This document shows, one piece after another, positions 18,621 through 26,305 of a stretch of DNA of 64,000 nt. The notes under the pieces were generated by a model. The model was not told the origin of the DNA. It was given only the letters and a program-made list of their open reading frames with translations, and did no database searches. Origin of the DNA: Flavobacteriales bacterium (GTDB lineage: Bacteria; Bacteroidota; Bacteroidia; Flavobacteriales_D; Sanyastnellaceae); contig JBMYZL010000010.1 in NCBI GenBank assembly GCA_049610385.1, positions 16,874 to 80,873 on the forward strand, read 5' to 3'. A program made the position numbers and the translations under genes. The first letter of the stretch is position 1; each line of letters opens with the position of its first letter.

Positions 18621-19193
18621 TCAATTATTTGAATCTTTCTTCCATTTGATGTTGCAGCCGATGGAAGGAATTTGCCCCTCTTCAGGAACCGGTTCTCCGG
18701 CTAGCAACAAGTCCGCCACGCGCCGAAGGTCAGATCCAGTTACGGGTGTTTCGTTTCCCGGCCGCGAACCGTCAAACTGGCCGCGATACACGCATTTTCC
18801 ATGGGCATCGAAAGCGGAAATATCAGGTGTACAGGCGGCATCATAGGCCTTGGCTACATCTTGACTTTCGTCGAACAGATATGGAAATCGAAACGCATGT
18901 TTCAGTCCTAGCGCCTGCATGGCAGGTACATCGTCCTGGGGATGGGTGATGACATCGTTACTGGAAATGGCGACGAATTGAAGGCCACGAGATTGGTACT
19001 CGTGTGCAAACACCACCAATTCTTCCAAAATGTGAATCACATAGGGACAATGGTTGCACATGAACACCACGATAGTGGGGCCCTTGTCGAAGAATTCCGA
19101 GGAATGACGCATTTTTCCGCTGACGGCATCAGGGAGGTTGAACGCAGGAGCGGTGAAGCCCAGGGGTATAGAAGTGGTGGGAGTGAGTGCCAT
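18621..19193 (-). CDS. Thioredoxin-fold thiol-disulfide oxidoreductase (AhpC/TSA-like)
   Basis: FTAPAFNLPD followed by VVFMCNHCPYV (a CxxC-type centre), then AISSND and AYDA..TPD. Length is 190 aa. Confidence 0.8.
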   Translation of the reverse strand: MALTPTTSIPLGFTAPAFNLPDAVSGKMRHSSEFFDKGPTIVVFMCNHCPYVIHILEELVVFAHEYQSRGLQFVAISSNDVITHPQDDVPAMQALGLKHAFRFPYLFDESQDVAKAYDAACTPDISAFDAHGKCVYRGQFDGSRPGNETPVTGSDLRRVADLLLAGEPVPEEGQIPSIGCNIKWKKDSNN

Positions 19194-19235
19194 GTGAAGA
19201 TTGAACTTTCTCGTGAAATACAGGTTGCTAAAGTT

Positions 19236-19754
19236 ATGTTGTCGAATGCGATTTGGTTAACGGTGTGGTTGTTGTTGTTCGGGTCAAAATTTGGAGGAGA
19301 CCACAATTGGTCCGTCGTAGACGATCGGGTCATGGGCGGTGTGAGTCAATCTCAAATGGAGGTCATACCTGAGGGGATTCGTTGGTCAGGGACGCTGAGT
19401 TACGAACAAAATGGAGGTTTCGCCAGCATCAGAAGCGCGTGGAAACCGGGCTGCATCTCAGGCATGAAAAGGGTGCGTATGTGTGTGCGCGGATCTGCTG
19501 ACGAATTCGCATTCAGGATGTCGTCTTCACAACGGTATTATGATCCGGTAGCGGAATGGAAATTCAATCCGACAACAGACTGGAGTTGGATGGATTTTGA
19601 TTTGGAAGAATCTGAAATCACAGTTTTGGGTCAATTGACGGGTGGCAAGCTCGACCCGCGCCAAGTGGCCACAATCGCGCGGCTCGGATTTATGCGAAAG
19701 TCGGGTGATGCAGGGCCGTTTTGGTTGGAGGTGTCTGCCTTGGAATTTGAGTAA
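19236..19754 (+). CDS. CIA30-family protein (complex I intermediate-associated protein 30-like)
   Basis: The ORF track starts at 18942, antisense to the thioredoxin gene. The ATG at 19236 gives a signal or anchor segment (MLSNAIWLTVWLLLF) followed by the CIA30 hallmark WSVVDDRVMGGVSQS and GGFASIR. Confidence 0.7.
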   Translation: MLSNAIWLTVWLLLFGSKFGGDHNWSVVDDRVMGGVSQSQMEVIPEGIRWSGTLSYEQNGGFASIRSAWKPGCISGMKRVRMCVRGSADEFAFRMSSSQRYYDPVAEWKFNPTTDWSWMDFDLEESEITVLGQLTGGKLDPRQVATIARLGFMRKSGDAGPFWLEVSALEFE

Positions 19755-19784
19755 GTTCAAGACCCTTGCATCGGAAGCCCCCCA

Positions 19785-20927
19785 TCAGGGAAAGGGATTG
19801 CTCAGCCACCAAGCGTCAAAGACGACCGTGTCGGTCAGGGTCTCGAGAAATGCAACGAGGGCGTCCCTTTCTGTCTCAGTCAGTTCCAACTGATAAGGAT
19901 TTTGTCCAGGAGGACCGAAGCCTGCTTCCGTCAATCGCTCATCCAAAAATGGGTGCGGCTGAATCTCTTGGTCGTAAAAATCCACCACTTCATGGAGAGT
20001 TGCGAATCGACCATCATGCATGTAGGGCGATGTGAGTGCGACATTCCGCAAGGAAACGGATCGGAAACGCCCATCGTCTTCAGGCATTCCCGTCAGCGCA
20101 CCACGTCCCGCATCGCCAGCAGCTGCGTAATCCAATTCCAACCCATTAATGAAAAATTGAGTGCCGAAAAAATTCAATCCACTGTGGCATTGATTGCAAC
20201 GGGTCTCATTGTTGAAAAACAAATCTTTCCCCATCAGCTCGAGTGTGGTGAAGTTGGAAAAGTCACTGGATAACCCTTGGTCATACCTCGACTGATGGCT
20301 TTGGATGCTTCGAATGAATTGGCTCAATGCGGAAGCGATGCGGTCTGATGTCACTGAGGAGTCTCCAAAGGCCTCGAAGAACAACGAATGGTAGTGGGGG
20401 AGTTGCTCGAGCTTTACAACCAAATCATCCAAATCCATGCCCATTTCGTCCGGATGCTCGATGGGCTCCAATACTTGGTTGTTCAAGCCTACAGTTCGAC
20501 CGTCCCAGAACATGCGTCGTTGATATCGCATGTTGAACAGAGGCATGGCGTTTCGGTGGGTAGGCTGGCCGGAAATACCGATGGAACGGCTTGTCTCATC
20601 GCCAAAGGCTTTGGATTGAATGTGGCAACTGCCGCAAGACACGGTTCCGTCTGCGGAAAGGGTGGGGTCGTAAAACAGCACCCGGCCCAACGTGGCCCCC
20701 GCATCGGAAATGCTTCCACCGGTTGAAAAAAGCTGCAAAGCAGGATCATTCAGCCAATGTTCGGGATAAGACAATTCGCTGTAGGAGAATGGCGTGGAGG
20801 GCAGTGAAGGCAGAAGAACGTTGGGCGAACCCATTCCCTCAGTTGGAAGGGGTTCGGCGTTTTTTTGGCAACCCCAACAGATCCAAGCGATGCACCCCAG
20901 AATCCACCATTTGCAAACCCCTTTCAT
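19785..20927 (-). CDS. Di-haem cytochrome c peroxidase (CCP/MauG family)
   Basis: Two CxxCH haem-binding sites (CGSCH and CNQCH) with the spacing and flanking motifs of CCP (FYDPTLSADGTVSCGSCH; LRNVALTSPYMHDG). Signal peptide present. Confidence 0.85.
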   Translation of the reverse strand: MKGVCKWWILGCIAWICWGCQKNAEPLPTEGMGSPNVLLPSLPSTPFSYSELSYPEHWLNDPALQLFSTGGSISDAGATLGRVLFYDPTLSADGTVSCGSCHIQSKAFGDETSRSIGISGQPTHRNAMPLFNMRYQRRMFWDGRTVGLNNQVLEPIEHPDEMGMDLDDLVVKLEQLPHYHSLFFEAFGDSSVTSDRIASALSQFIRSIQSHQSRYDQGLSSDFSNFTTLELMGKDLFFNNETRCNQCHSGLNFFGTQFFINGLELDYAAAGDAGRGALTGMPEDDGRFRSVSLRNVALTSPYMHDGRFATLHEVVDFYDQEIQPHPFLDERLTEAGFGPPGQNPYQLELTETERDALVAFLETLTDTVVFDAWWLSNPFP

Positions 20928-20960
20928 GTGTTCAAGATACGGCCAACGAGCGAGTGCATC

Positions 20961-21512
20961 TCAGTCATAATGAGCGACCCGTGTTTCACCTTGGGTCAAA
21001 CGCCATGTTCCCACTTCACTTTTTTCAATCGAGAAAATGACTTCATAGGGGAGGCATTGAGGTTCCAAAACGAACTCGACCATACCGGACAAGGAGCTCC
21101 CGACATCGAGACCTTGGGATTCCGTTCGAATGAGTTTTTGGGTGAAAGTCGTGGGTTCTCGAATTACACGTACCCACTTGTGAATCCAGGGGTCAATCTC
21201 CGCAAGTGATGGTGGAATCTCCATCAGGGAGGTTGAATCACTGCTGAAAAAAGCGTTGGGGTCCAATCCAAATCGCAGGTGCCCATAAAAGTGATCAGCG
21301 GAGAGCGGACTGTAGACCCAGCTGCCTTCAACGAATTCCAAGCTCGTTGACAAAATCAGGGTATCTCTGTGGATGTTCTGCAGTTCAACGTGGACTTCAA
21401 AATCCTCGAAATGCGGGAAAGGAGAACCGATTGGCGATTGGGCACGGGTCGATGGACATGCACTCCAAACAACCATCCACATGGACCACATCGCATGCAA
21501 CCGGCGTCTCAA
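20961..21512 (-). CDS. Secreted hypothetical protein
   Basis: Signal peptide (MWSMWMVVWSACPSTRAQ). It overlaps the upstream gene by 4 nt and sits 33 nt before the peroxidase gene. No family recognised. Confidence 0.5.
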   Translation of the reverse strand: MRRRLHAMWSMWMVVWSACPSTRAQSPIGSPFPHFEDFEVHVELQNIHRDTLILSTSLEFVEGSWVYSPLSADHFYGHLRFGLDPNAFFSSDSTSLMEIPPSLAEIDPWIHKWVRVIREPTTFTQKLIRTESQGLDVGSSLSGMVEFVLEPQCLPYEVIFSIEKSEVGTWRLTQGETRVAHYD

Positions 21513-21817
21513 GGTTCGACCATTTCAACCGAAACCTCGATTTCGTTCCCATGCTTTTGGATGCGAGCGGTTCCGCCAGGAATGACCATCACGGTATCCC
21601 CTTCAAATCCTTCAGCCGAAAGCTCCTCGATGATGATTTCAACTTCATTGTCACCGGAGTATTCGCCTTGGAAATCCATGGTTTTCATCATGCGAACGAT
21701 TTCATGGGATGTGCCGGAGGGTGCGCAAGCGGAAGGCGGACAGGTGACCCTGCCGATGGCAAATCCGATGAGGCCAAAGGCGGCTGCGATGAGGAGGCTG
21801 ATCGTGTTGTTGTTCAT
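21509..21817 (-). CDS. Small N-terminally membrane-anchored hypothetical protein
   Basis: A single TM segment (ISLLIAAAFGLIGFAIG) followed by an acidic 70-aa domain. It starts 9 nt after the upstream stop and has a 4-nt overlap with the next gene. Confidence 0.5.
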   Translation of the reverse strand: MNNNTISLLIAAAFGLIGFAIGRVTCPPSACAPSGTSHEIVRMMKTMDFQGEYSGDNEVEIIIEELSAEGFEGDTVMVIPGGTARIQKHGNEIEVSVEMVEP

Positions 21818-21826
21818 GAGTTCAAA

Positions 21827-22723
21827 TTAAGGAAATCTTGGGGTCAGAAGGGGCTCGAGTGCAGAGGAGACAAACTGTTCACCTTCACATGTCAAGTGAT
21901 GCCAGTCCCGAAAATAGGAATGCGGGTGGTGGGATTTGCCAAGTTCCAAGGTTTGAACATGGTCGGGGAATGCGATTTTCAGCCCCTCGAGGAACAACCG
22001 ATAGTTCGCATAAGATTCTGGATGAATTTGTCTCAAGTAACTGTCTTCGAGTGGATTTTCCACCAAAATGAGTTGCCAATTCTGTTCTGCAACCAACTCA
22101 GCACATCGTTGATATAAATTCTGGATGGGCTCTGAATCGGGCCACCAGTTCGTGTGCATAAAATCGTGGACTTGGCCCCGTTTGAAATCTTTTGGCACAC
22201 TGCGTTGGGTGCAGTCTTGATCGAAACGCATGTAGACCCGTTTGATTTGGAAAGTGTGGAGCAACGCACGCCAGCGGAACAATTTAGGCGCCAAAGAATC
22301 CCAAAGGTCATTCACTTGGAGCAAAGGAGCCAATTTGCCCAAGCTTTGAATGTCCCAGCGATCACGTTGGGGTTGGCCACTGAATCTCCGAAGGGCTTGC
22401 GGGGCAAATTTGGAGGGCCAAATCGAAAGCACAACAGTGTGCAATTTCGAATCTTTTTCGGCCGTTTCTGCAATGGCTTCGAGGTATTTGTAGGAGGTGT
22501 AAGGGTCTTGTGCTGAGGTGGTGAATCGGGGACGCTGGGGCCAAGGAATGTCGTCGGCATGGCTGTCTCCTATCAACACCAATTCATGTGCATGAACCTG
22601 AGAAATGACTTGCCTTGAATGCCAAAACTGAATGGTTTTGACACCCCAGGCCACCCCCAAAAGTGTAAACAGGATTACGTAAACGCGAGCGAAAGAAGAA
22701 CGGGGGTTGTGGCCAATCTGCAT
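21827..22723 (-). CDS. SGNH/GDSL-like partner protein of the MBOAT acyltransferase (AlgJ/AlgX/PatB-like role inferred)
   Basis: The ATG at 22723 lies 4 nt after the MBOAT stop; the longer ORF to 22984 overlaps MBOAT in another frame. N-terminal TM (VYVILFTLLGVAWGV), block-I-like LIGDSHADD and block-V-like RDWHHL (DxxH). Confidence 0.6.
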   Translation of the reverse strand: MQIGHNPRSSFARVYVILFTLLGVAWGVKTIQFWHSRQVISQVHAHELVLIGDSHADDIPWPQRPRFTTSAQDPYTSYKYLEAIAETAEKDSKLHTVVLSIWPSKFAPQALRRFSGQPQRDRWDIQSLGKLAPLLQVNDLWDSLAPKLFRWRALLHTFQIKRVYMRFDQDCTQRSVPKDFKRGQVHDFMHTNWWPDSEPIQNLYQRCAELVAEQNWQLILVENPLEDSYLRQIHPESYANYRLFLEGLKIAFPDHVQTLELGKSHHPHSYFRDWHHLTCEGEQFVSSALEPLLTPRFP

Positions 22724-22727
22724 GGGT

Positions 22728-24170
22728 TTAAAAAGCAAAGTAGATGAATTCCGTGGCCTCATTTCGCTGTGAAAAAGCGAGCACCCAGAAAACGAAGAAG
22801 GTCTCAGGCCACACACGTTGGAATCCATGACGCCACGGCCAGCGCACACCATGTCGGAACAACAGCCACTCCAACACGATGAACAGGGCCAGTAAAAAGG
22901 CGAACATGCGCTCGTCAGCAGCCCCCCAAAACGCGCGATAGGCTTCCCAGTTGCCCAACCCTTGATCCCATCGAGCCACAACATTGCTCAAATAAGTTCG
23001 CGCAGCATCCAAATTCTCTGCTCGGAAAAACACCCAGGCCAGACAGACCCAGAAAAAGGTGACAACTGCTCGCCAAGAGTCTTGCCACTTCCAATCGTTT
23101 TGAAAAGTCTTGTTGCGTCCCATCCAAAAGATGGGAACAAAAAGCGCAGCGTGGATGGCTCCCCAAATGACAAAATTCCAGGATGCCCCGTGCCACAACC
23201 CTGAAATCAAAAAGACGATGGTGATGTTGCGCAGGCTCGTCCATCGACTCCCACGGGAGCCCCCCAAGGGAATGTACAGGTAGTCACGGAACCATGTGTT
23301 CAGGGATACATGCCAACGACGCCAGAACTCAGCCACATTTCGAGAGAAATATGGAAATCGAAAGTTGCTGCGCAATCGAATGCCAAACAACCGTCCCAAA
23401 CCGATGGCGATGTCACTGTAGCCGCTGAAATCTCCATAGATTTGAAGGGCAAAGGCCACAACACCGATGACCAAGACTGGTCCCGTGAACAACTCAGGGC
23501 TTTCAAACGCCGCGTTTGCATAGCCGGCGGCTCCGTCAGCGATCACCACCTTCTTGAACAGGCCGTATGCCATCAACCGGAGTCCAATTTTGACCCCCGA
23601 TTCAGTGACTGGACGCAAACGCTGAAGTTGAGGCAACAAGCGTTGCGCACGTTCAATGGGACCTGCAACCAGTTGTGGAAAGAAGGCCACATATGCCCCA
23701 AATTCGACCCAGTCCCGGCTAGCGCGCAGTTGACCACGGTAAACATCGATGGTGTAGGACAGGGTTTGGAAGGTGTAAAAGCTGATGCCCACGGGCAGGA
23801 CAATGTTCAGGCTTGGGCGATTCATTTCCACCCCCAAACCAGCCCATGCATCGATCCAACTGTCGATGAAAAACCCGGCATATTTGAAAGTAGCAAGCAG
23901 ACCCAAATTGATGGCGAGCGAAATCGACAGGAATAGCCGCCTGGTATGGGCATTCAACAGGGGCTTTTCCAATTGTTGAGCGACCCAAAAATCCGTTGCT
24001 GTGGACAGGGCAATCAAGGAAAGGAAACGCCAGTCCCACCAACCGTAAAACAGATAGGATGCGGCCAGGAGCAAAAAGTTTTGGCCTCGCAGTCGGTGCC
24101 GAAATGGTCCATGGAATAGCCAGAGGACTGCTGGGAGAAAAATCCAAAATGCACCGGCTGTGAACGACAT
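22728..24170 (-). CDS. MBOAT-family membrane-bound O-acyltransferase (AlgI/DltB/PatA-like)
   Basis: A multi-TM protein with the canonical LLAASYLFYGWWDWRF N-terminus, FPQLVAGPI, and the catalytic-His region FWRRWHVSLNTWFRDYLYIPLGG. Confidence 0.85.
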   Translation of the reverse strand: MSFTAGAFWIFLPAVLWLFHGPFRHRLRGQNFLLLAASYLFYGWWDWRFLSLIALSTATDFWVAQQLEKPLLNAHTRRLFLSISLAINLGLLATFKYAGFFIDSWIDAWAGLGVEMNRPSLNIVLPVGISFYTFQTLSYTIDVYRGQLRASRDWVEFGAYVAFFPQLVAGPIERAQRLLPQLQRLRPVTESGVKIGLRLMAYGLFKKVVIADGAAGYANAAFESPELFTGPVLVIGVVAFALQIYGDFSGYSDIAIGLGRLFGIRLRSNFRFPYFSRNVAEFWRRWHVSLNTWFRDYLYIPLGGSRGSRWTSLRNITIVFLISGLWHGASWNFVIWGAIHAALFVPIFWMGRNKTFQNDWKWQDSWRAVVTFFWVCLAWVFFRAENLDAARTYLSNVVARWDQGLGNWEAYRAFWGAADERMFAFLLALFIVLEWLLFRHGVRWPWRHGFQRVWPETFFVFWVLAFSQRNEATEFIYFAF

Positions 24171-24204
24171 GGGCTGAAAATTACAACTGGGAAGGCCGGC
24201 GACC

Positions 24205-24212
24205 TATATTTG
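24205..24212 (+). promoter_or_regulatory. Exact Bacteroidetes -7 promoter box (TATATTTG) upstream of the ydbS-like gene
   Basis: It matches TAnnTTTG exactly and lies 19 nt upstream of the ATG at 24232, in a 61-bp divergent intergenic region. No good -33 TTTG was seen at the expected spacing. Confidence 0.3.
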
Positions 24213-24231
24213 ATTGCGAAATTCGCGTGTC

Positions 24232-24783
24232 ATGGAGGAAACAGATTCAAAACCGTTGATGCGGCCCAACGCGGTTTTGAAGCAGGAGCAATGGCCTGCA
24301 TTTCGTTCGGAAGATTTTGCGCCATTGCCGGGTCGATTTCGTCGACTGCGAAAGGGGGTCATCTTGTGTATTGGTCTTGCATTGTCCTTGGCACTCAGCT
24401 CAGTATTTGTGATTGCAGCTTGGACTTCTGATGCTTTTGAAATGCCCTGGATGGCGTTGTCTTTGGTCGTGGGCATCATCATTGCAGGTGGAGCCATCGG
24501 GTTGGGCGTAGAACGGAAATCTTTCCCGAGAAGAGGCTATCTGGTTCGTGAACATGACATCACCTTCAGAAAGGGCTGGCTCTTTCGCAGTCGAGTCACG
24601 GTTCCTTTCAACCGGGTTCAACACAGTGAGGTCGTTCAGGGTCCATTGCTGAGGTGGAAAGGCCTGAGTACGCTGAAAGTATATACGGCGGGTTCTTCAG
24701 GGGCGAATCTGAGCATTTCCGGACTGGATGAGGAGGTGGCACAAATGCTTCGCCAAACCATCAATGAACGCATTCGTGATTGA
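24232..24783 (+). CDS. YdbS-like membrane protein with a bacterial PH (bPH_2/DUF304) domain
   Basis: Two TM helices followed by GYLVREHDITFRKGWLFRSRVTVPFNRVQHSEVVQGPLLRWKGLSTLKVYTAG, the bPH_2 signature. The TTG at 24214 used by the ORF track sits 1 nt from the -7 box, so I prefer the ATG at 24232. Confidence 0.7.
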   Translation: MEETDSKPLMRPNAVLKQEQWPAFRSEDFAPLPGRFRRLRKGVILCIGLALSLALSSVFVIAAWTSDAFEMPWMALSLVVGIIIAGGAIGLGVERKSFPRRGYLVREHDITFRKGWLFRSRVTVPFNRVQHSEVVQGPLLRWKGLSTLKVYTAGSSGANLSISGLDEEVAQMLRQTINERIRD

Positions 24784-26266
24784 TTTCAGCAAGCCGCGTC
24801 GGCAACATCCTTTGGGATTGGTGGTCCATTTGTGGCAGAACGTCCTCCGGTCCCTCCGTGCTTTTTTTCCGTTGATTTTGGTGTTGGCTGTCACTGAAAA
24901 GGTGCAATTGGCATTGATTTGGAGCGGTGCTGCATTGGGCTTTTTTTTGGTGATTTTCACCACGTTGGAGTATTTCCGTTTTCGCTACCACATCGAGCGT
25001 GATGTTGCGTTGGTGGTGCGCCGCGGAGTGCTGCAATTGGAGCGTCTGGAAATTCCGTTCTCACGAATACAAGCGGTTCATTTGTCACGCCCCTTGTTGT
25101 GGCGTGTTCTGGGATTGACGGCGGTGAGCCTCGACACAGCTGGAAGTTCAGGGAATGAACTGGAAATACGAGCGTTGTCTTCCGCGGAGGCGCATGCCCT
25201 CCGGCAACAACTCCGACACGCGATTGGGCAACGTGAACGGCACGTTGAAGAGCAGCCAGAATCTCCGGTGATCAAGGATCTCAGTCAGTTGGTGTTGTCG
25301 TTGACCCACCGGGATTTGTTGCGCATCGGATTGACGATGAATCATTTGCGGAATGGTATGTTGGCATTTGGCGCGGTCGCGGGTGTGGGCATGCAAATTT
25401 TGGATGTGCTATCGCCTCAATTGGATTCACTCCCTTCGTGGCAAATGGGGTTGTTGAGTTTGTTCAGCGGATTGTTATGGATCATGGGCATTTTGTTCTT
25501 TTCTGTCATGGGCATTTTCATCAGTATGCTTTTTGCGGTGATGGAGCATTATGGACTGAGATTGGTTTTGGCGAAAGACCGATTGGAATTGACGTCGGGC
25601 TTGCTGCGCAGAAATGAGTATTCCATCCTCCTGAGCAAGGTTCAAATCCTGCGATGGCGAAATTCTTGGTTGCAGCGCGCTTTTGCATTGGAATCGCTTC
25701 AAATTCAACAAGCTCGCGCCGCTTCAGAAGCAGGATCACATGCCTTGAAATTGATGTTGCCGGGTTTGAGTGCCCATCACACCACAGCCCTTGAGGATAT
25801 TTTCAATTGTCGCCATTCCGGTGAAACCCGTTTGGTGCGCCCGGTTGCTTTTCATTTGTGGTTGTCGCGTTTGGCTTATTTTACACCTGGACTTCTCTTC
25901 GCTTCTGCGTTTGCGATCTTGAGTGGTGACTGGCTTTTTCCAGGGTCTTTATTCGCAGGGTGGATGGTTTATTCGTGGCACGCTGGGAGGTGGTATCATG
26001 AGGCCAAATTTGTCCACACCGACGGAAAGCATGTCTGGTTTCATGAAGGTTGGTGGAAGCGCGAACGTTCATTTGCGAGATCACACCAACTGCAACGTGT
26101 GACTTTGACTCAGCACTTTTTGCAAGTTCGTCGGGGTTCGGCTCACCTTCACCTGCACACGGCTGCTGGCACCGTCACCATGCGCCACATTGATTTGGGC
26201 ATCGCAGAAGCCCTCGCAGATGAATTCTTGGCGAGGGTGGAAGCCCATCGCGGCCCATGGATGTGA
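24764..26266 (+). CDS. YdbT-like membrane protein with three bPH_2 domains
   Basis: Repeated '..R.G.L.....IPFSRIQ.V....' units (ERLEIPFSRIQAVHLSRPLLWRVLGL; ILLSKVQILRWRNSWLQRAFAL; SHQLQRVTLTQHFLQVRRGSAHL) alternate with TM pairs. It overlaps the ydbS-like gene by 20 nt, the classic ydbS-ydbT arrangement. Confidence 0.7.
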   Translation: MNAFVIDFSKPRRQHPLGLVVHLWQNVLRSLRAFFPLILVLAVTEKVQLALIWSGAALGFFLVIFTTLEYFRFRYHIERDVALVVRRGVLQLERLEIPFSRIQAVHLSRPLLWRVLGLTAVSLDTAGSSGNELEIRALSSAEAHALRQQLRHAIGQRERHVEEQPESPVIKDLSQLVLSLTHRDLLRIGLTMNHLRNGMLAFGAVAGVGMQILDVLSPQLDSLPSWQMGLLSLFSGLLWIMGILFFSVMGIFISMLFAVMEHYGLRLVLAKDRLELTSGLLRRNEYSILLSKVQILRWRNSWLQRAFALESLQIQQARAASEAGSHALKLMLPGLSAHHTTALEDIFNCRHSGETRLVRPVAFHLWLSRLAYFTPGLLFASAFAILSGDWLFPGSLFAGWMVYSWHAGRWYHEAKFVHTDGKHVWFHEGWWKRERSFARSHQLQRVTLTQHFLQVRRGSAHLHLHTAAGTVTMRHIDLGIAEALADEFLARVEAHRGPWM

Positions 26267-26305
26267 CGCGTATTGAATGCGCACTTTCTGGGCCCCCATT
26301 TCGAA

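Noticed and set aside
18942-19235. Upstream part of the 270-aa ORF containing the CIA30 domain
   Set aside because: This part is antisense to the thioredoxin-like gene (18621-19193). The CIA30 homology and a hydrophobic N-terminus begin only at the ATG at 19236.
21347-22117. 256-aa plus-strand ORF
   Set aside because: It lies antisense across three tightly coupled minus-strand genes and has no recognisable motifs. It is a typical shadow ORF in about 50% GC DNA.
22724-22984. Longer version of the SGNH-like ORF overlapping the 3' end of the MBOAT gene
   Set aside because: The extension is Cys/Ser/Gly-rich, lies in a different frame over the well-supported MBOAT coding sequence, and an ATG occurs 4 nt after the MBOAT stop.
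23310-23936. 208-aa plus-strand ORF
   Set aside because: It lies antisense inside the MBOAT gene.
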